Assembly (NCBI GenBank): GCA_963726455.1
Contig: CAVSCK010000004.1
Location: 896,001 to 960,000, forward strand
DNA from: an uncultured bacterium
GTDB lineage: Bacteria > Zixibacteria > MSB-5A5 > CAIYYT01
Reading direction: 5' to 3'
DNA length: 64,000 bases
Each line of letters begins with the position of its first letter. Position 1 is the first letter of the stretch. A program made the translations under genes and the position numbers. Positions 30,041 to 41,081 of this stretch are shown piece by piece. The notes beneath the pieces are model-generated. The model ran no database searches, was not told the DNA's origin, and was given only the letters and a program-made list of their open reading frames with translations.

Positions 30041-30232
30041 TCAACCCAACAGCGCGTTTACTGCAAATGCCAGCAACCTGTCGACCCCGAAAACAAAGGC
30101 AGACAGAACTATTGAGGTAATGATGACCACAATCGTGGAACCACGCACCTCGTCTTTCGACGGCCAAGTCACTTTCTTCAATTCGACTACCGTCTCATCG
30201 AAGTAGGTAACGACTTTCTGTTTAACGCTCAT
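30041..30232 (-). CDS. secE: Preprotein translocase SecE
   Basis: ELKKVTWP plus one TM helix; lies between tRNA-Trp and nusG. Confidence 0.95.
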   Translation of the reverse strand: MSVKQKVVTYFDETVVELKKVTWPSKDEVRGSTIVVIITSIVLSAFVFGVDRLLAFAVNALLG

Positions 30233-30253
30233 ATTCCATCTTCACTTCGTCTA

Positions 30254-30329
30254 TGGCAGGCCAGGAGGGACTCGAACCCCCAACATCCGGTTTTGGAGAC
30301 CGGCGCTCTACCATTAGAGCTACTGGCCT
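30254..30329 (-). tRNA. tRNA-Trp (CCA)
   Basis: Cloverleaf AGGCCAG...CCGGT-CTCCAAA-ACCGG...GGTTCGAGTCC...CTGGCCT-G-CCA. Confidence 0.97.
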
Positions 30330-30442
30330 GTCCGGTTTCTTGCTGTCTTGGCAATGCCTCCAAATATTTTCATCAACTCGCTGCCGGGTAATTGTCGCGA
30401 CGGTCTATCGCCGTCCGACAATTGGCCGTGCAACTCCTTATA

Positions 30443-31651
<1,209 letters not shown>

Positions 31652-31709
31652 GGCAGTCTACCTACCTCCAAAACAGTGAATGCTCATTAAATTCTAATCA
31701 CCTATAAAC

Positions 31710-31782
31710 AGCCCACGACCAGGATCGAACTGGTGACCTCATCCTTACCAAGGATGTGCTCTACCAACTGAGCTACGTGGGC
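31710..31782 (-). tRNA. tRNA-Thr (GGT), CCA not encoded
   Basis: GCCCACG acceptor stem, anticodon loop TTGGTAA, T-loop GTTCGAT. Confidence 0.95.
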
Positions 31783-31987
31783 AAAGGTCGCCGTGTCACT
31801 CCAAATTATTGTTGGATACAGTGTAACGGGAAAAACATAACCCGACACCCCTCCAAAATATAGAAAGCCAAAATAATTAACGTGATTCTGCTGTCAAGGA
31901 ATATTTTTTGCTAACTGACCGATTCGCCCCCGAATTATCCTGCCACCCTACCGGGCAACTGCCTCTCCCCGGATCCTCCCAAACCAA

Positions 31988-32061
31988 AGCGGGAGACGGG
32001 ACTCGAACCCGCGACCAACAGCTTGGAAGGCTGTGACTCTAGCCACCTGAGTTACTCCCGC
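31988..32061 (-). tRNA. tRNA-Gly (TCC), CCA not encoded
   Basis: GCGGGAG acceptor stem, ACAGC-CTTCCAA-GCTGT anticodon arm. Confidence 0.95.
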
Positions 32062-32269
32062 GTCATTTGGCAGCTAAATTGTTTACAATATTTTTGACCG
32101 CAAATCAAGTCCTTTCTTTCCTGGGAGCGACCGTTTTCCCCAATTTACGCTTCCCCACTTAGACATTTGACCAAAATCGCTGACTGCCAACGACATTTCC
32201 CTTGACTACGTTGCCGACCAACTCCCTTATTATCTATGAATTGCAGACGGATTGTATCAGAATACCAGA

Positions 32270-32830
32270 ATGACGGACGAAATCGTTCTCACAGAACAGG
32301 ATGGCCTTCAGCTTCTGGCCATCGCCCGGGATACCGTGCGCCACAAACTGCTGGGCGGCCCGGCGCCGACGGCCGACCCCGACAACGACCGTTTGAATTG
32401 CCGTCGAGGCGCTTTTGTGACGATCACGTGCCACGGTGAACTCCGTGGTTGTATCGGCTACATCGAGGGCTTCAAACCCCTGATCGACATCGTCCGCGAC
32501 TGTGCCATGCAGGCCAGCTTCCACGACTACCGATTTGAGCCGCTGACCGCAGAGGAATTCCCCTTTGTCGCATTTGAAATCTCCGTTCTGACTCCCTTGG
32601 AGCCGGTGGCCGATGTCTCCGAAATCGTTGTGGGCAAACATGGTCTATTGATTTGCGCACGTGGTCGTAGTGGACTCCTGCTGCCGCAAGTCGCGACAGA
32701 CCAGGGCTGGGACCGCGATACGTTTCTTGCCCACACTTGCCTTAAGGCCGGCCTGCCACCCGACGAGTGGCGCAAACCGCGAGTCGACATCCTCCGTTTC
32801 GAGGCCCAGATCTTCAGCGAAGCCGACTAG
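32270..32830 (+). CDS. amrA: AMMECR1-domain protein (AmmeMemoRadiSam system protein A)
   Basis: GAFVTI...LRGCIG, D.RF.P, EISVLTP, GLLLPQVA, CLKAGL motifs. Confidence 0.9.
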   Translation: MTDEIVLTEQDGLQLLAIARDTVRHKLLGGPAPTADPDNDRLNCRRGAFVTITCHGELRGCIGYIEGFKPLIDIVRDCAMQASFHDYRFEPLTAEEFPFVAFEISVLTPLEPVADVSEIVVGKHGLLICARGRSGLLLPQVATDQGWDRDTFLAHTCLKAGLPPDEWRKPRVDILRFEAQIFSEAD

Positions 32831-32845
32831 ATAGCAACCATTCAG

Positions 32846-33487
32846 CTACCTCTTCTGGTTAACCCCTCTCTTAGGACAAACGTCCGCCATAAAGCACTGG
32901 TCGCAAAGCGGCTTCCGCGCAAAGCACACTATTCGACCATGTTGAATCAACATGTGCGAAATCAGGACCCGGTCACTCTGGCCAATCCACTTCATTAGAT
33001 CCTGTTCGATCTTTTTCGGATCTTCGCTTCGTGTAAGTCCAAGCCGGTAAGACAATCGCGCCACGTGAGTATCAACCGCGATGCCGTCTCCCCGTCCGAT
33101 CAACACACCCTGAATCACATTGGCGGTCTTGCGTCCGACTCCGGGAAGTGTCTGAAGTTCATCCAACGCTGTCGGTATCTTCCCCTTGTGATCTTTCTCG
33201 ATCACCTTCGCGAAAGCGATAATGTTTTTCGCTTTGTTGCGATATAGCCCGACCGGCTTGATGGCCGCTTCCAATTCACTCTGCTTCGCGCGCGCAAAGT
33301 CGCCAACCGATTTGTATTTCTTGAATAGCGCAGGTGTTGTCAGATTGACGCGCTCGTCCGTCGACTGCGCCGACAAAATTGTTGCGATTGCTAACTGCAA
33401 TGGTGTTTTGAAGTCAAGCGAGCACTTGGCGTCGGGGTACGCGCGTTTGAGGAGGTCGACGATCTTCTTGGATGATACTTTGTTCAT
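32846..33487 (-). CDS. nth: Endonuclease III
   Basis: LSAQSTD..VN, HhH LPGVGRKTANV, VDTHV, FeS motif C-x6-C-x2-C-x5-C. Confidence 0.96.
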   Translation of the reverse strand: MNKVSSKKIVDLLKRAYPDAKCSLDFKTPLQLAIATILSAQSTDERVNLTTPALFKKYKSVGDFARAKQSELEAAIKPVGLYRNKAKNIIAFAKVIEKDHKGKIPTALDELQTLPGVGRKTANVIQGVLIGRGDGIAVDTHVARLSYRLGLTRSEDPKKIEQDLMKWIGQSDRVLISHMLIQHGRIVCFARKPLCDQCFMADVCPKRGVNQKR

Positions 33488-33490
33488 TCA

Positions 33491-33524
33491 CAAAAAGGAA
33501 TGGGCAACCTTAAGTGGTTGCCCA
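33491..33524 (-). terminator. Putative intrinsic terminator after the Gld-like operon
   Basis: TGGGCAACC..GGTTGCCCA hairpin followed by TTCCTTTTT on the minus strand. Confidence 0.6.
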
Positions 33525-33543
33525 ATCAATCGGTGCTATTGTT

Positions 33544-34470
33544 CTATTTCAACTCTTCCGGCTTCTTCGCCAGATTGTTGACGACGTAGTCATATACTAT
33601 GAAAGTCTCATCACCGGCAGGCGATTGGATATAGTAAGTCTTGTTGTCCGTACCCTGTCCGGCAAAACGTAATGACTTCGCGCTGCCGTCCATCATGCTC
33701 ACATCAACCTCAACCGTCGGTTGCGCAAAATTCGGCCGCACTGTATCACCTTCTGCAACCGAGTTGTTCCACCGGACCACCGCCAACTGCCGCAGCATGT
33801 TTGACATCTTTCCGGGATTTGGTTTGAACGGATCACCCTTGGCTGGAATGATGCTCCACAGCGAATCCTGTCTGCCGATGCGATAGTCGAAATCCTTGCT
33901 CTTGAAAGCAATGGTCGCGATCTGGGCAGTGTCAATAGTCAGCAGCGTCTTGTCGCGGTAACCTGATGCCGGTCGATTGAGCAACCGCGCAAAACTACCC
34001 AGCGCTTCGTACACGTCCGGCGAATCCGGTTTGCGAACATAGGTCTTCTGGTAGTCGGCGCCCATCTTGCCGATGATCACCGACGCCAGCGGAGTTTGGT
34101 CGCGATAATACGTCACAGTGTTCCCCGAAATCGTGTCAACCTGAAACAGCATTTGCTTATCAGGATTCGAGCTGATCACCTCACCGACCGACATCGTGTG
34201 CGCCAGACTTGCCAGTTGTTGTACCGTGCCCGGCTCCGTCGAGAATGACTTTCCGCGATCCAGAACGTTCCACGCCTCGCCAACTTTCTCGAATTCCACC
34301 GAACTGCCCATCCGGTGCACCGAAATCTTGTTCACCATTCCCGAATCGACACCGAGAAAATTATTCTGTGCATTTTCCGAGAGCGCTTTCTTCTGGCTTT
34401 GTGACATCAACAGGTATAGCAGAACCAGCACCGCCAGAATGATAAGCGGGATCAATCGTGATCGATTCAT
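33544..34470 (-). CDS. DUF4340-like membrane-anchored protein
   Basis: N-terminal TM helix; two repeats with 'IGK...TYVRK...VY'; typical last gene of GldAFG-like ABC operons. Confidence 0.7.
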   Translation of the reverse strand: MNRSRLIPLIILAVLVLLYLLMSQSQKKALSENAQNNFLGVDSGMVNKISVHRMGSSVEFEKVGEAWNVLDRGKSFSTEPGTVQQLASLAHTMSVGEVISSNPDKQMLFQVDTISGNTVTYYRDQTPLASVIIGKMGADYQKTYVRKPDSPDVYEALGSFARLLNRPASGYRDKTLLTIDTAQIATIAFKSKDFDYRIGRQDSLWSIIPAKGDPFKPNPGKMSNMLRQLAVVRWNNSVAEGDTVRPNFAQPTVEVDVSMMDGSAKSLRFAGQGTDNKTYYIQSPAGDETFIVYDYVVNNLAKKPEELK

Positions 34471-36053
34471 ATCAACTGTCTCCTGCGATTTTGCTTGCGA
34501 ATCTGCCAGCGTGCGACACCGAACAATACCACCAGGAGGGGCATCAGGATGATGTTCATGAACTTCACGACGCCTCGCGTCGAGTCTTCGACAACTTTCA
34601 GCGGGCGGACACTGACGTCCTTCGATCTGATGGAAATCAGTCCCTCATCCTCAGAGAGCCAGTCGGTCATGTTCTGGAACATGATCAGATTCGATTGATC
34701 GCGCAGTACCTGATCCGAGACGAAATCTGCGTCACCCCAAACCACCACTCTCCCCTTGTCGCCCTGGTCCAGACGCGTGTCGAGTCCGGCGGTTCCCTGC
34801 GTAATGACCGTGTCCGGTTGCGGTTTCGGCTTGCCAGCAAAGAAGCTCTTGAAATTGCCGGTAATCGCGACTCCGAGCGGCAATCCCTGCTGATTGAAAT
34901 CGATCTTCGTCCATTGCCGGAACGGATCGATATTATAAGGAGGCACTTGGATTCCCGACTGCTTCGACGTACGCGCCAGAACTTCATAGTTCAGGCCGCT
35001 CGAACCGAAATGCGTCGTATCAATCGATGACGCATAAATCATATTCATCGACTGCAGGTCCTTGACGATCAGATTCTTCTTCGAGAAATCGGTGATCTTC
35101 GGGAAGAACGGATACTCGCGCAAACTCTGGAATCGGAATTGCCCCTGCTGCTGCTGGATTGCGATCTGCGAATTCTGAACATCGATCAGCATATTGTTGT
35201 TAACACCGACGCCGAGATTCGCAAGAAACGGATCCATTTGCGGATCGGCCGGAATCGCAGTGCCCTGCTGCACCTGCGCGTTGACCTTGTCGATCAGCAG
35301 CCCCAGTTTGCCGCCGCGCATCAGGAATTGGTCGAGCAGGTACAATTCATATTCGGAGAGCTTGGTCTTCGGACCGACGAGATACACCGTCTGGATGTCC
35401 GTCGGAATCTCATATAGCGTCCGCAGTTCCAGCGGCTCAACCTGGTACTCTTGCGACAAGACCTTGTTGATGTAGGTCAGATCCTTGTCGAGCGTCAACT
35501 CCCCGTCGCCGGTAACAAAACCGACCTTGGGAATCGAATGATGAACCAGCTTCTTGATGGCGCGCGTAATTTCGTATTCGAGGGTGGCGGTGTTTTGAAC
35601 AACGGGGATAACTTCCTTCTTATCCGCGAATAACACCGCCAGGCCCATATACACGTTCTTGATTTCCATCTTGTCGTGTGCCAGAGTCTGAATCGGCACC
35701 GCCGGTATACCATACCCGCGCGCCTCCTGCTCCTTGTTCTCTTTGACTGGATCGATGAACACGAAGTTCAGGTTCTTGCCGCCGTACGCCTCGTATTCAC
35801 CCAACTGATCCTTGAGGTAGCGCGCATTGGCGTTGTACGGCTGCGGTATGTCATCCGAGAAATAACACTTGATCGTTACGCGGTCATCCAGACTGCGCAT
35901 CAAATCCTTGGAGGATTGACTGAGCGAATAAATCTTTCCGGAGGTCATGTCGAGGCGACCGAACACATTTACGGAAAGCAGATTGAGAACCAGCAGGATC
36001 ACCAGGATGACAACTATCGAACTGATTCCGCCGATCGTGAGTTTCTTCTTCAT
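34467..36053 (-). CDS. GldG-like ABC transporter auxiliary component
   Basis: RLDMTSGKIYSLS, LEYEITRAI, GFVTGDGE, DQFLMRGG, LISIRSK, C-terminal TM helix. Confidence 0.85.
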   Translation of the reverse strand: MKKKLTIGGISSIVVILVILLVLNLLSVNVFGRLDMTSGKIYSLSQSSKDLMRSLDDRVTIKCYFSDDIPQPYNANARYLKDQLGEYEAYGGKNLNFVFIDPVKENKEQEARGYGIPAVPIQTLAHDKMEIKNVYMGLAVLFADKKEVIPVVQNTATLEYEITRAIKKLVHHSIPKVGFVTGDGELTLDKDLTYINKVLSQEYQVEPLELRTLYEIPTDIQTVYLVGPKTKLSEYELYLLDQFLMRGGKLGLLIDKVNAQVQQGTAIPADPQMDPFLANLGVGVNNNMLIDVQNSQIAIQQQQGQFRFQSLREYPFFPKITDFSKKNLIVKDLQSMNMIYASSIDTTHFGSSGLNYEVLARTSKQSGIQVPPYNIDPFRQWTKIDFNQQGLPLGVAITGNFKSFFAGKPKPQPDTVITQGTAGLDTRLDQGDKGRVVVWGDADFVSDQVLRDQSNLIMFQNMTDWLSEDEGLISIRSKDVSVRPLKVVEDSTRGVVKFMNIILMPLLVVLFGVARWQIRKQNRRRQLI

Positions 36054-36058
36054 CTCGC

Positions 36059-36769
36059 TTACCTCCACTTCCGTGATTCGGTCATCTTGATGGCCAGGTA
36101 CAAAAAGAAAAAGATCATCGAGAAGTAGTAGATCAGATCACGCGAATCAATCACCCCGCGCGAGATGTTGCTATAATGATAATCGATCGACAGATACTCG
36201 AAGAACGAAGCCAGCGTATCGGGCAGGAACGGCAGTATCTTATCGAGCATGAAGAATGCGAATATGATCACGAACCCCACGATGAATGCGATGATCTGAT
36301 TCGCCGACAAGCTCGACGTAAATAATCCGATCGACACATAAACGGCGCCCATCAATATCAAACCGAGGTAGCCGCCAAACGCCGCGCCGAAATCGGCGTT
36401 GCCCAGCGATGCAATCGTGAGATAGGCGACGAATGTCAGAATCACCGATATCGCCGTCAGCGCAAAGCCCGCGAGGAATTTTCCCACCACAATTTCACTG
36501 TCTTTCACTGGCAGTGTCACCAGTATCTCGATCGTACCGGCGCGTCTCTCTTCTGCCAGCAGGCGCATCGTGATTGCCGGAGCAAAAAGCATTAAAATAA
36601 AGGAAGAGATTCCGAACAAGCTCCGCAGATCAGCCGTGTTATTCACGAACAAAGTGCTGGCGAAGAAATAACCCGACACCAGCAGGAATAGTGTGATTAC
36701 GATATAGGCAACCGGCGAGTTGAAATAGGAGCGAATTTCGCGACGGAAGATCGTTAGCACGTTATTCAT
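36059..36769 (-). CDS. GldF-like ABC-2 permease
   Basis: REIRSYFNSPVAY, PAITMRLLAEERRAGTIE.L.T.P. Confidence 0.88.
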   Translation of the reverse strand: MNNVLTIFRREIRSYFNSPVAYIVITLFLLVSGYFFASTLFVNNTADLRSLFGISSFILMLFAPAITMRLLAEERRAGTIEILVTLPVKDSEIVVGKFLAGFALTAISVILTFVAYLTIASLGNADFGAAFGGYLGLILMGAVYVSIGLFTSSLSANQIIAFIVGFVIIFAFFMLDKILPFLPDTLASFFEYLSIDYHYSNISRGVIDSRDLIYYFSMIFFFLYLAIKMTESRKWR

Positions 36770-37700
36770 CGTGTCCTCCCTTGGTCAATTCGCGGAAGAC
36801 ATCTTCGAGACTCGACACTTCCTGTTTCATCTCCAGGAGCACCCAGCGATTTTCCACCACCTTATGGAAGATCGCCTCGCGCGGATCAACACCCTGGCGA
36901 CAGATCAACTCACATTTCGTGGTACCATGGTTCGGGTAGGCCTTGAGTTCCTCAACGCCGTCAATCGACATCAGCGCCCCGCGAATTGTGTCGGGATTCT
37001 GGTTGATCTCGATATTGACCACTGTCTTGCCGGTCAACGAATGCTGCAATGTTTCGGGAGTGCCGTTGGCCACGATCTTGCCGCGGTCAATAATCATCAC
37101 CTGATCGCAGGTGGCCTCAACTTCCGGCAGTATATGCGTGCAGAGGATAACCGTCTTCTGCCGCCCAAGCGTCTTGATCAAGTTTCTGATCTCGACTATC
37201 TGGTTTGGATCAAGGCCGACTGTCGGTTCATCCAGCACCAGAATTTCCGGGTTGTGAATCATCGCCTGCGCCAGGCCGACGCGTTGCCGGTAACCTTTGG
37301 ACAGTTCGCCGATACTTCTTGCGATGACATCTTCCAAACCGCACATTTCCACGACCTGTTTGATGCGCCGCCGGCGTTCCGATTTCAGGCCCCCGCGCAA
37401 CGACAGGATGTATTCGAGGTACTCGATCACGTCCATGTCGGGATAGAGAGGCGCCGACTCGGGCAGATAACCGATTTTCTTGCGCACTTCCATCGACTGC
37501 TCGACGACATCCAAACCGTCGATTGTCACCGCGCCCGAGGTCGGCGGCATGTAACAAGTGATGATGCGCACGCTAGTCGTCTTGCCCGCGCCATTCGGTC
37601 CCAGAAATCCCAATACCTGGCCGGTGGGAACTGAGAACGAGATGTCGTCGACAGCGACCGTTTCGCCGTACTTCTTGGTGAGATTTGTGACTTCAATCAC
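36762..37700 (-). CDS. GldA-like ABC ATP-binding protein
   Basis: Walker A GPNGAGKTT, LSKGYRQRVGLAQA, LDEPTVGLDPNQI. Confidence 0.92.
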   Translation of the reverse strand: MIEVTNLTKKYGETVAVDDISFSVPTGQVLGFLGPNGAGKTTSVRIITCYMPPTSGAVTIDGLDVVEQSMEVRKKIGYLPESAPLYPDMDVIEYLEYILSLRGGLKSERRRRIKQVVEMCGLEDVIARSIGELSKGYRQRVGLAQAMIHNPEILVLDEPTVGLDPNQIVEIRNLIKTLGRQKTVILCTHILPEVEATCDQVMIIDRGKIVANGTPETLQHSLTGKTVVNIEINQNPDTIRGALMSIDGVEELKAYPNHGTTKCELICRQGVDPREAIFHKVVENRWVLLEMKQEVSSLEDVFRELTKGGHDE

Positions 37701-37910
37701 CTTTGACCCGTCTCCACTTTCTGATTCATATTTTGATCGTGAGTATTACTATATTCGTTTGAGAAAATCAAATCGTTTGTCTAGTCCACTATCAATCCTA
37801 ATAATACAGACAAGTTCATTCCGGGTTCCCTGCAAGTTACGGCTGCATCGGCTGTTGTCCCGTTTTTCGGCCTTCCCCGGTCGGTATTAAATCCTATGTA
37901 GCATTAAAGG

Positions 37911-39671
37911 TCAGAGTCGCAACTGTTTTTCCGCCAACTCGCGATAGAGGCACGACTTTTCCATGAGTTCCTGATGGCTCCCCTGGTCGATAATCGCCCC
38001 ATCCTTCAGAGTTAAAATTCGGTTGGCGCGTTGGACTGTTGCCAGGCGGTGCGCAATAATAATCGCCGTCTTGTCCACCAGTATCTTGTCCAGCGATTCC
38101 TGAATCAGTTGCTCGGATATCGAGTCGAGCGCGCTGGTCGCCTCGTCCAGAATCAAAATCGGAGGGTCTTTCAGCAGCGCCCGCGCCAGGCAAATACGCT
38201 GTTTTTCGCCGCCCGACAGAGTCACGCCCCGTTCGCCCACCGTACTTTCGTACCCATCCGGCAGTCCAGCGATAAAGTCGTGAATATTGGCGTTCCGGGC
38301 CGCGCGAATGACTTCCTCACGCGCCGCGTCTGGATTCGAGTAAGCGATATTCTCGGCGATCGTCGCCCTGAACAGCAGCGGATCCTGGTCTACCAGCGCA
38401 ATGTTGTCGCGCAGCGACTGCAGTGCAAGCTTGCGCAGGTCGACGTTGTCAATGCTGACGGTGCCCTGCTCGGGATCATAAAAACGCATGATCAGATTGA
38501 TTAACGTCGTCTTGCCGGAACCCGACGGCCCGACGATAGCGATTGTCTCGCCGGCATCAATATGCAAATTGAAGTGGTCGAACTTGAAGGCGCTGTCTGG
38601 GTACGTGAAGGTCACGTCCCGCATGTCGATTTCACCGTGCACCTTCGGAATTACAACCGGCTGCGGATCTTCTTCCACCGACGGCGGCATATCCAGGTAT
38701 TCGAAGACACGATCGACCGAGGCCATGGCCGCAGATATTTCCACTTTCGCAGACCCCAGAGATTGAACCGGACCGTATAGAAATGCCAGGTACATATAGA
38801 AAGCAAACAATTGACCGAGAAGCATTGATTTTCCGGCGACGAGATAGGAACCGAAACAGAGCACGATGATCGGCCCCAGATTCGTGACAATCATTACACC
38901 GTTGTATGCGATGGATCGAATCACACTGTACTTGACATAATATCCGGTCAATCCCGTCATAATCTGGTCGACTTTCTTGCGCTCTTCCTCTTCCTTGCCA
39001 AAGGCCTTGATAACCTTAAGCCCCACCAGCGACTCCTGAATACGCGCTGAAAGTTTCGCCACCGTTTCCTGCAGGCCACGTGCGGTGCGGTGAATCTTTC
39101 CGCCGAACAAGCTTGTCACCAATAGCGTAAGCGGCACGGGAATGATGGCAAACAGCGTCATCTGCCAGTTCAGGTACAGTATGTAGGCGAGCACTCCCAC
39201 CAGGAGGAGGATATTATTGATGATCGACAGCAACGTCGCCGCCAGCAAATCCTGAATGCGGGTCACGTCAGCCATGAACCGAGACATGACCTCACCGGTT
39301 TGCCGCTTCTGGTAAAAGCGCAATGACACGGTCTCCAGGTGCTTGAACAATTTCGAGCGAACGCCCGCGATAATGTTGGCGCCGATGTACCCGGCCAGAT
39401 AATCCCGCAGCCAGGAAAACAGGAATTGCGTCACGTAGATGCTGATCAGTATCAACGCAAAGCCGAGGATCGGCATGATATCAGGCTTCTGCCCTGCAGG
39501 AACTCGCCCGATAGCGGGAATGAGATCGTCGATTAGATATTCAAACGCGCGCGGGATCGCCAACACCAGAATATTGATGACAATCATCACGGCCAGCGTG
39601 ATCAATTCCAATGTCCAGTATGGTTTGAGGAACGGCCAGAGGCGTTTAGCTTTGCCGATATCGAGGATCAT
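37911..39671 (-). CDS. ABC exporter (fused TMD + NBD, no C39 peptidase domain), probable RiPP exporter
   Basis: Multi-TM domain, GPSGSGKTT, LSGGEKQR, ILDEATSALD; overlaps the end of the B12 radical SAM gene. Confidence 0.9.
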   Translation of the reverse strand: MILDIGKAKRLWPFLKPYWTLELITLAVMIVINILVLAIPRAFEYLIDDLIPAIGRVPAGQKPDIMPILGFALILISIYVTQFLFSWLRDYLAGYIGANIIAGVRSKLFKHLETVSLRFYQKRQTGEVMSRFMADVTRIQDLLAATLLSIINNILLLVGVLAYILYLNWQMTLFAIIPVPLTLLVTSLFGGKIHRTARGLQETVAKLSARIQESLVGLKVIKAFGKEEEERKKVDQIMTGLTGYYVKYSVIRSIAYNGVMIVTNLGPIIVLCFGSYLVAGKSMLLGQLFAFYMYLAFLYGPVQSLGSAKVEISAAMASVDRVFEYLDMPPSVEEDPQPVVIPKVHGEIDMRDVTFTYPDSAFKFDHFNLHIDAGETIAIVGPSGSGKTTLINLIMRFYDPEQGTVSIDNVDLRKLALQSLRDNIALVDQDPLLFRATIAENIAYSNPDAAREEVIRAARNANIHDFIAGLPDGYESTVGERGVTLSGGEKQRICLARALLKDPPILILDEATSALDSISEQLIQESLDKILVDKTAIIIAHRLATVQRANRILTLKDGAIIDQGSHQELMEKSCLYRELAEKQLRL

Positions 39672-41076
39672 TCTGCCAGTCCGGAAAATACTTATTGGCG
39701 GCAAATCGGAGCGCGCCTGGGGATAGCGTGTTTCTCATCGCTTGATCCCGCTGGGTCAACATCTCAAACCAAAGATCGGGATCGTTGGCAAGATCGTGCG
39801 ACGGAATATTGCGCCGGCAGTTTGTGTATTGATCTTCCTCCAGTTTCCACCAGTCGGGGCAGAGAATCTTGCTGCCGAATTGTTGCTCGAACCAGGCACT
39901 GTTGTAGTCCATCTCGCAGCCGGGGTAGTGCATATAGCCGAGACCGGCCCACATGAAAGTCGTTTCTTTGCGCTGCAATTCGGCGTCCATGAAGGCAAAT
40001 GTCTCATCAAGCGTTCGATGTGTCTCGCCGGGGTAATTAAAGATCATGTTTGCGCGGTGCAACACTCCGGCATCGGACAGCCGATGGCTGACCGTCTTGA
40101 CAATTTCGAGGTACTTTTCCGGCTGCTTAGTCTTCTTCATATAGCGTAGAATGTCGGGAGATCCGCTTTCAACACCCAATTCGATTTCCACCTTGAGTTT
40201 TGAGAACAGTGCAATATCCTCGGGATCAATATACTCCGGGCGAGTCTCGACAACAATCCAAAACTCCGGCTGCAGGTCGACGAGTCGGCGCAGGAATTCC
40301 TTGCGCCAGGCCGGACGCATCCCGAAACAGGCGTCACTTATTGCCACCGAGTAGAAATTGAATCGTTTGTAGGCGTCCAGAATATGCTTAATGGAATCCT
40401 CGGGACTATAGGCGCGCCATCGCCGATCTTTCAATCCCTCCATGCAGAATGCACAGTTAAACGGGCAGCCGCGCGACAGATACATATAGAAACTCTGCAC
40501 ACCTTCGGGTTTGTGTTCTGCCAGATGCTGTTCGAGCAGGTCGAGATTGAGCGGTACGAAGTGTTCGACGCCAAACATCGGCGCGTGCACAATCTTCGTT
40601 TCACTAGGACGGCCGTCGCGTTTGAGGTTGCCGGCAATTTCGCGGAGAATCAATTCGCCTTCGCCGCAAATCACGTAATCGAACAGCCGTTCTTCAGTCA
40701 GGAATTCATTGGGACGTGCCGAGGGATGATAGCCGCCGACTACAATCAGCTTATTGGGATACATTTCCCGGAAGATACGGGCGGTCTTCATGGTCGCCAG
40801 ATAAGATAAGCTGGTCCAGCAGGAAATGGCGAGAATGTCGCAGTCTTGTTTGGCGAAGAAGTCGCGGACTTTGCGTTCGTAGCGCTTGATCAAAGTCGGA
40901 CTGTTGGGCCGGCCGATCGAGTGCTCGAAATCGGCATAAGTAACAGGAAAGTATTGAGCCAGGTATGACGACAGCGTCAACTGTGACGCGCGAACATCGG
41001 GCTTGGCGATCCAATCAGGGTAATAGAAGCAGGATGGGTAAAGCACCAAAACCGACGGTGAAGTTGCAGCGGCCAA
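39646..41076 (-). CDS. Cobalamin-dependent radical SAM enzyme (class B, probable methyltransferase)
   Basis: B12-binding-domain motifs LIVVGGYHPS and DYVICGEGE; SRGCPFNCAFC; ELGVESGS. Confidence 0.88.
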   Translation of the reverse strand: MAAATSPSVLVLYPSCFYYPDWIAKPDVRASQLTLSSYLAQYFPVTYADFEHSIGRPNSPTLIKRYERKVRDFFAKQDCDILAISCWTSLSYLATMKTARIFREMYPNKLIVVGGYHPSARPNEFLTEERLFDYVICGEGELILREIAGNLKRDGRPSETKIVHAPMFGVEHFVPLNLDLLEQHLAEHKPEGVQSFYMYLSRGCPFNCAFCMEGLKDRRWRAYSPEDSIKHILDAYKRFNFYSVAISDACFGMRPAWRKEFLRRLVDLQPEFWIVVETRPEYIDPEDIALFSKLKVEIELGVESGSPDILRYMKKTKQPEKYLEIVKTVSHRLSDAGVLHRANMIFNYPGETHRTLDETFAFMDAELQRKETTFMWAGLGYMHYPGCEMDYNSAWFEQQFGSKILCPDWWKLEEDQYTNCRRNIPSHDLANDPDLWFEMLTQRDQAMRNTLSPGALRFAANKYFPDWQNDPRYRQS

Positions 41077-41081
41077 TCTAA

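Noticed and set aside
32270-32830. AmrA as a partner of the nearby radical SAM cluster
   Set aside because: None of the three radical SAM proteins resembles AmrS, no MEMO/AmrB gene is in the window, and it is on the opposite strand with other genes between
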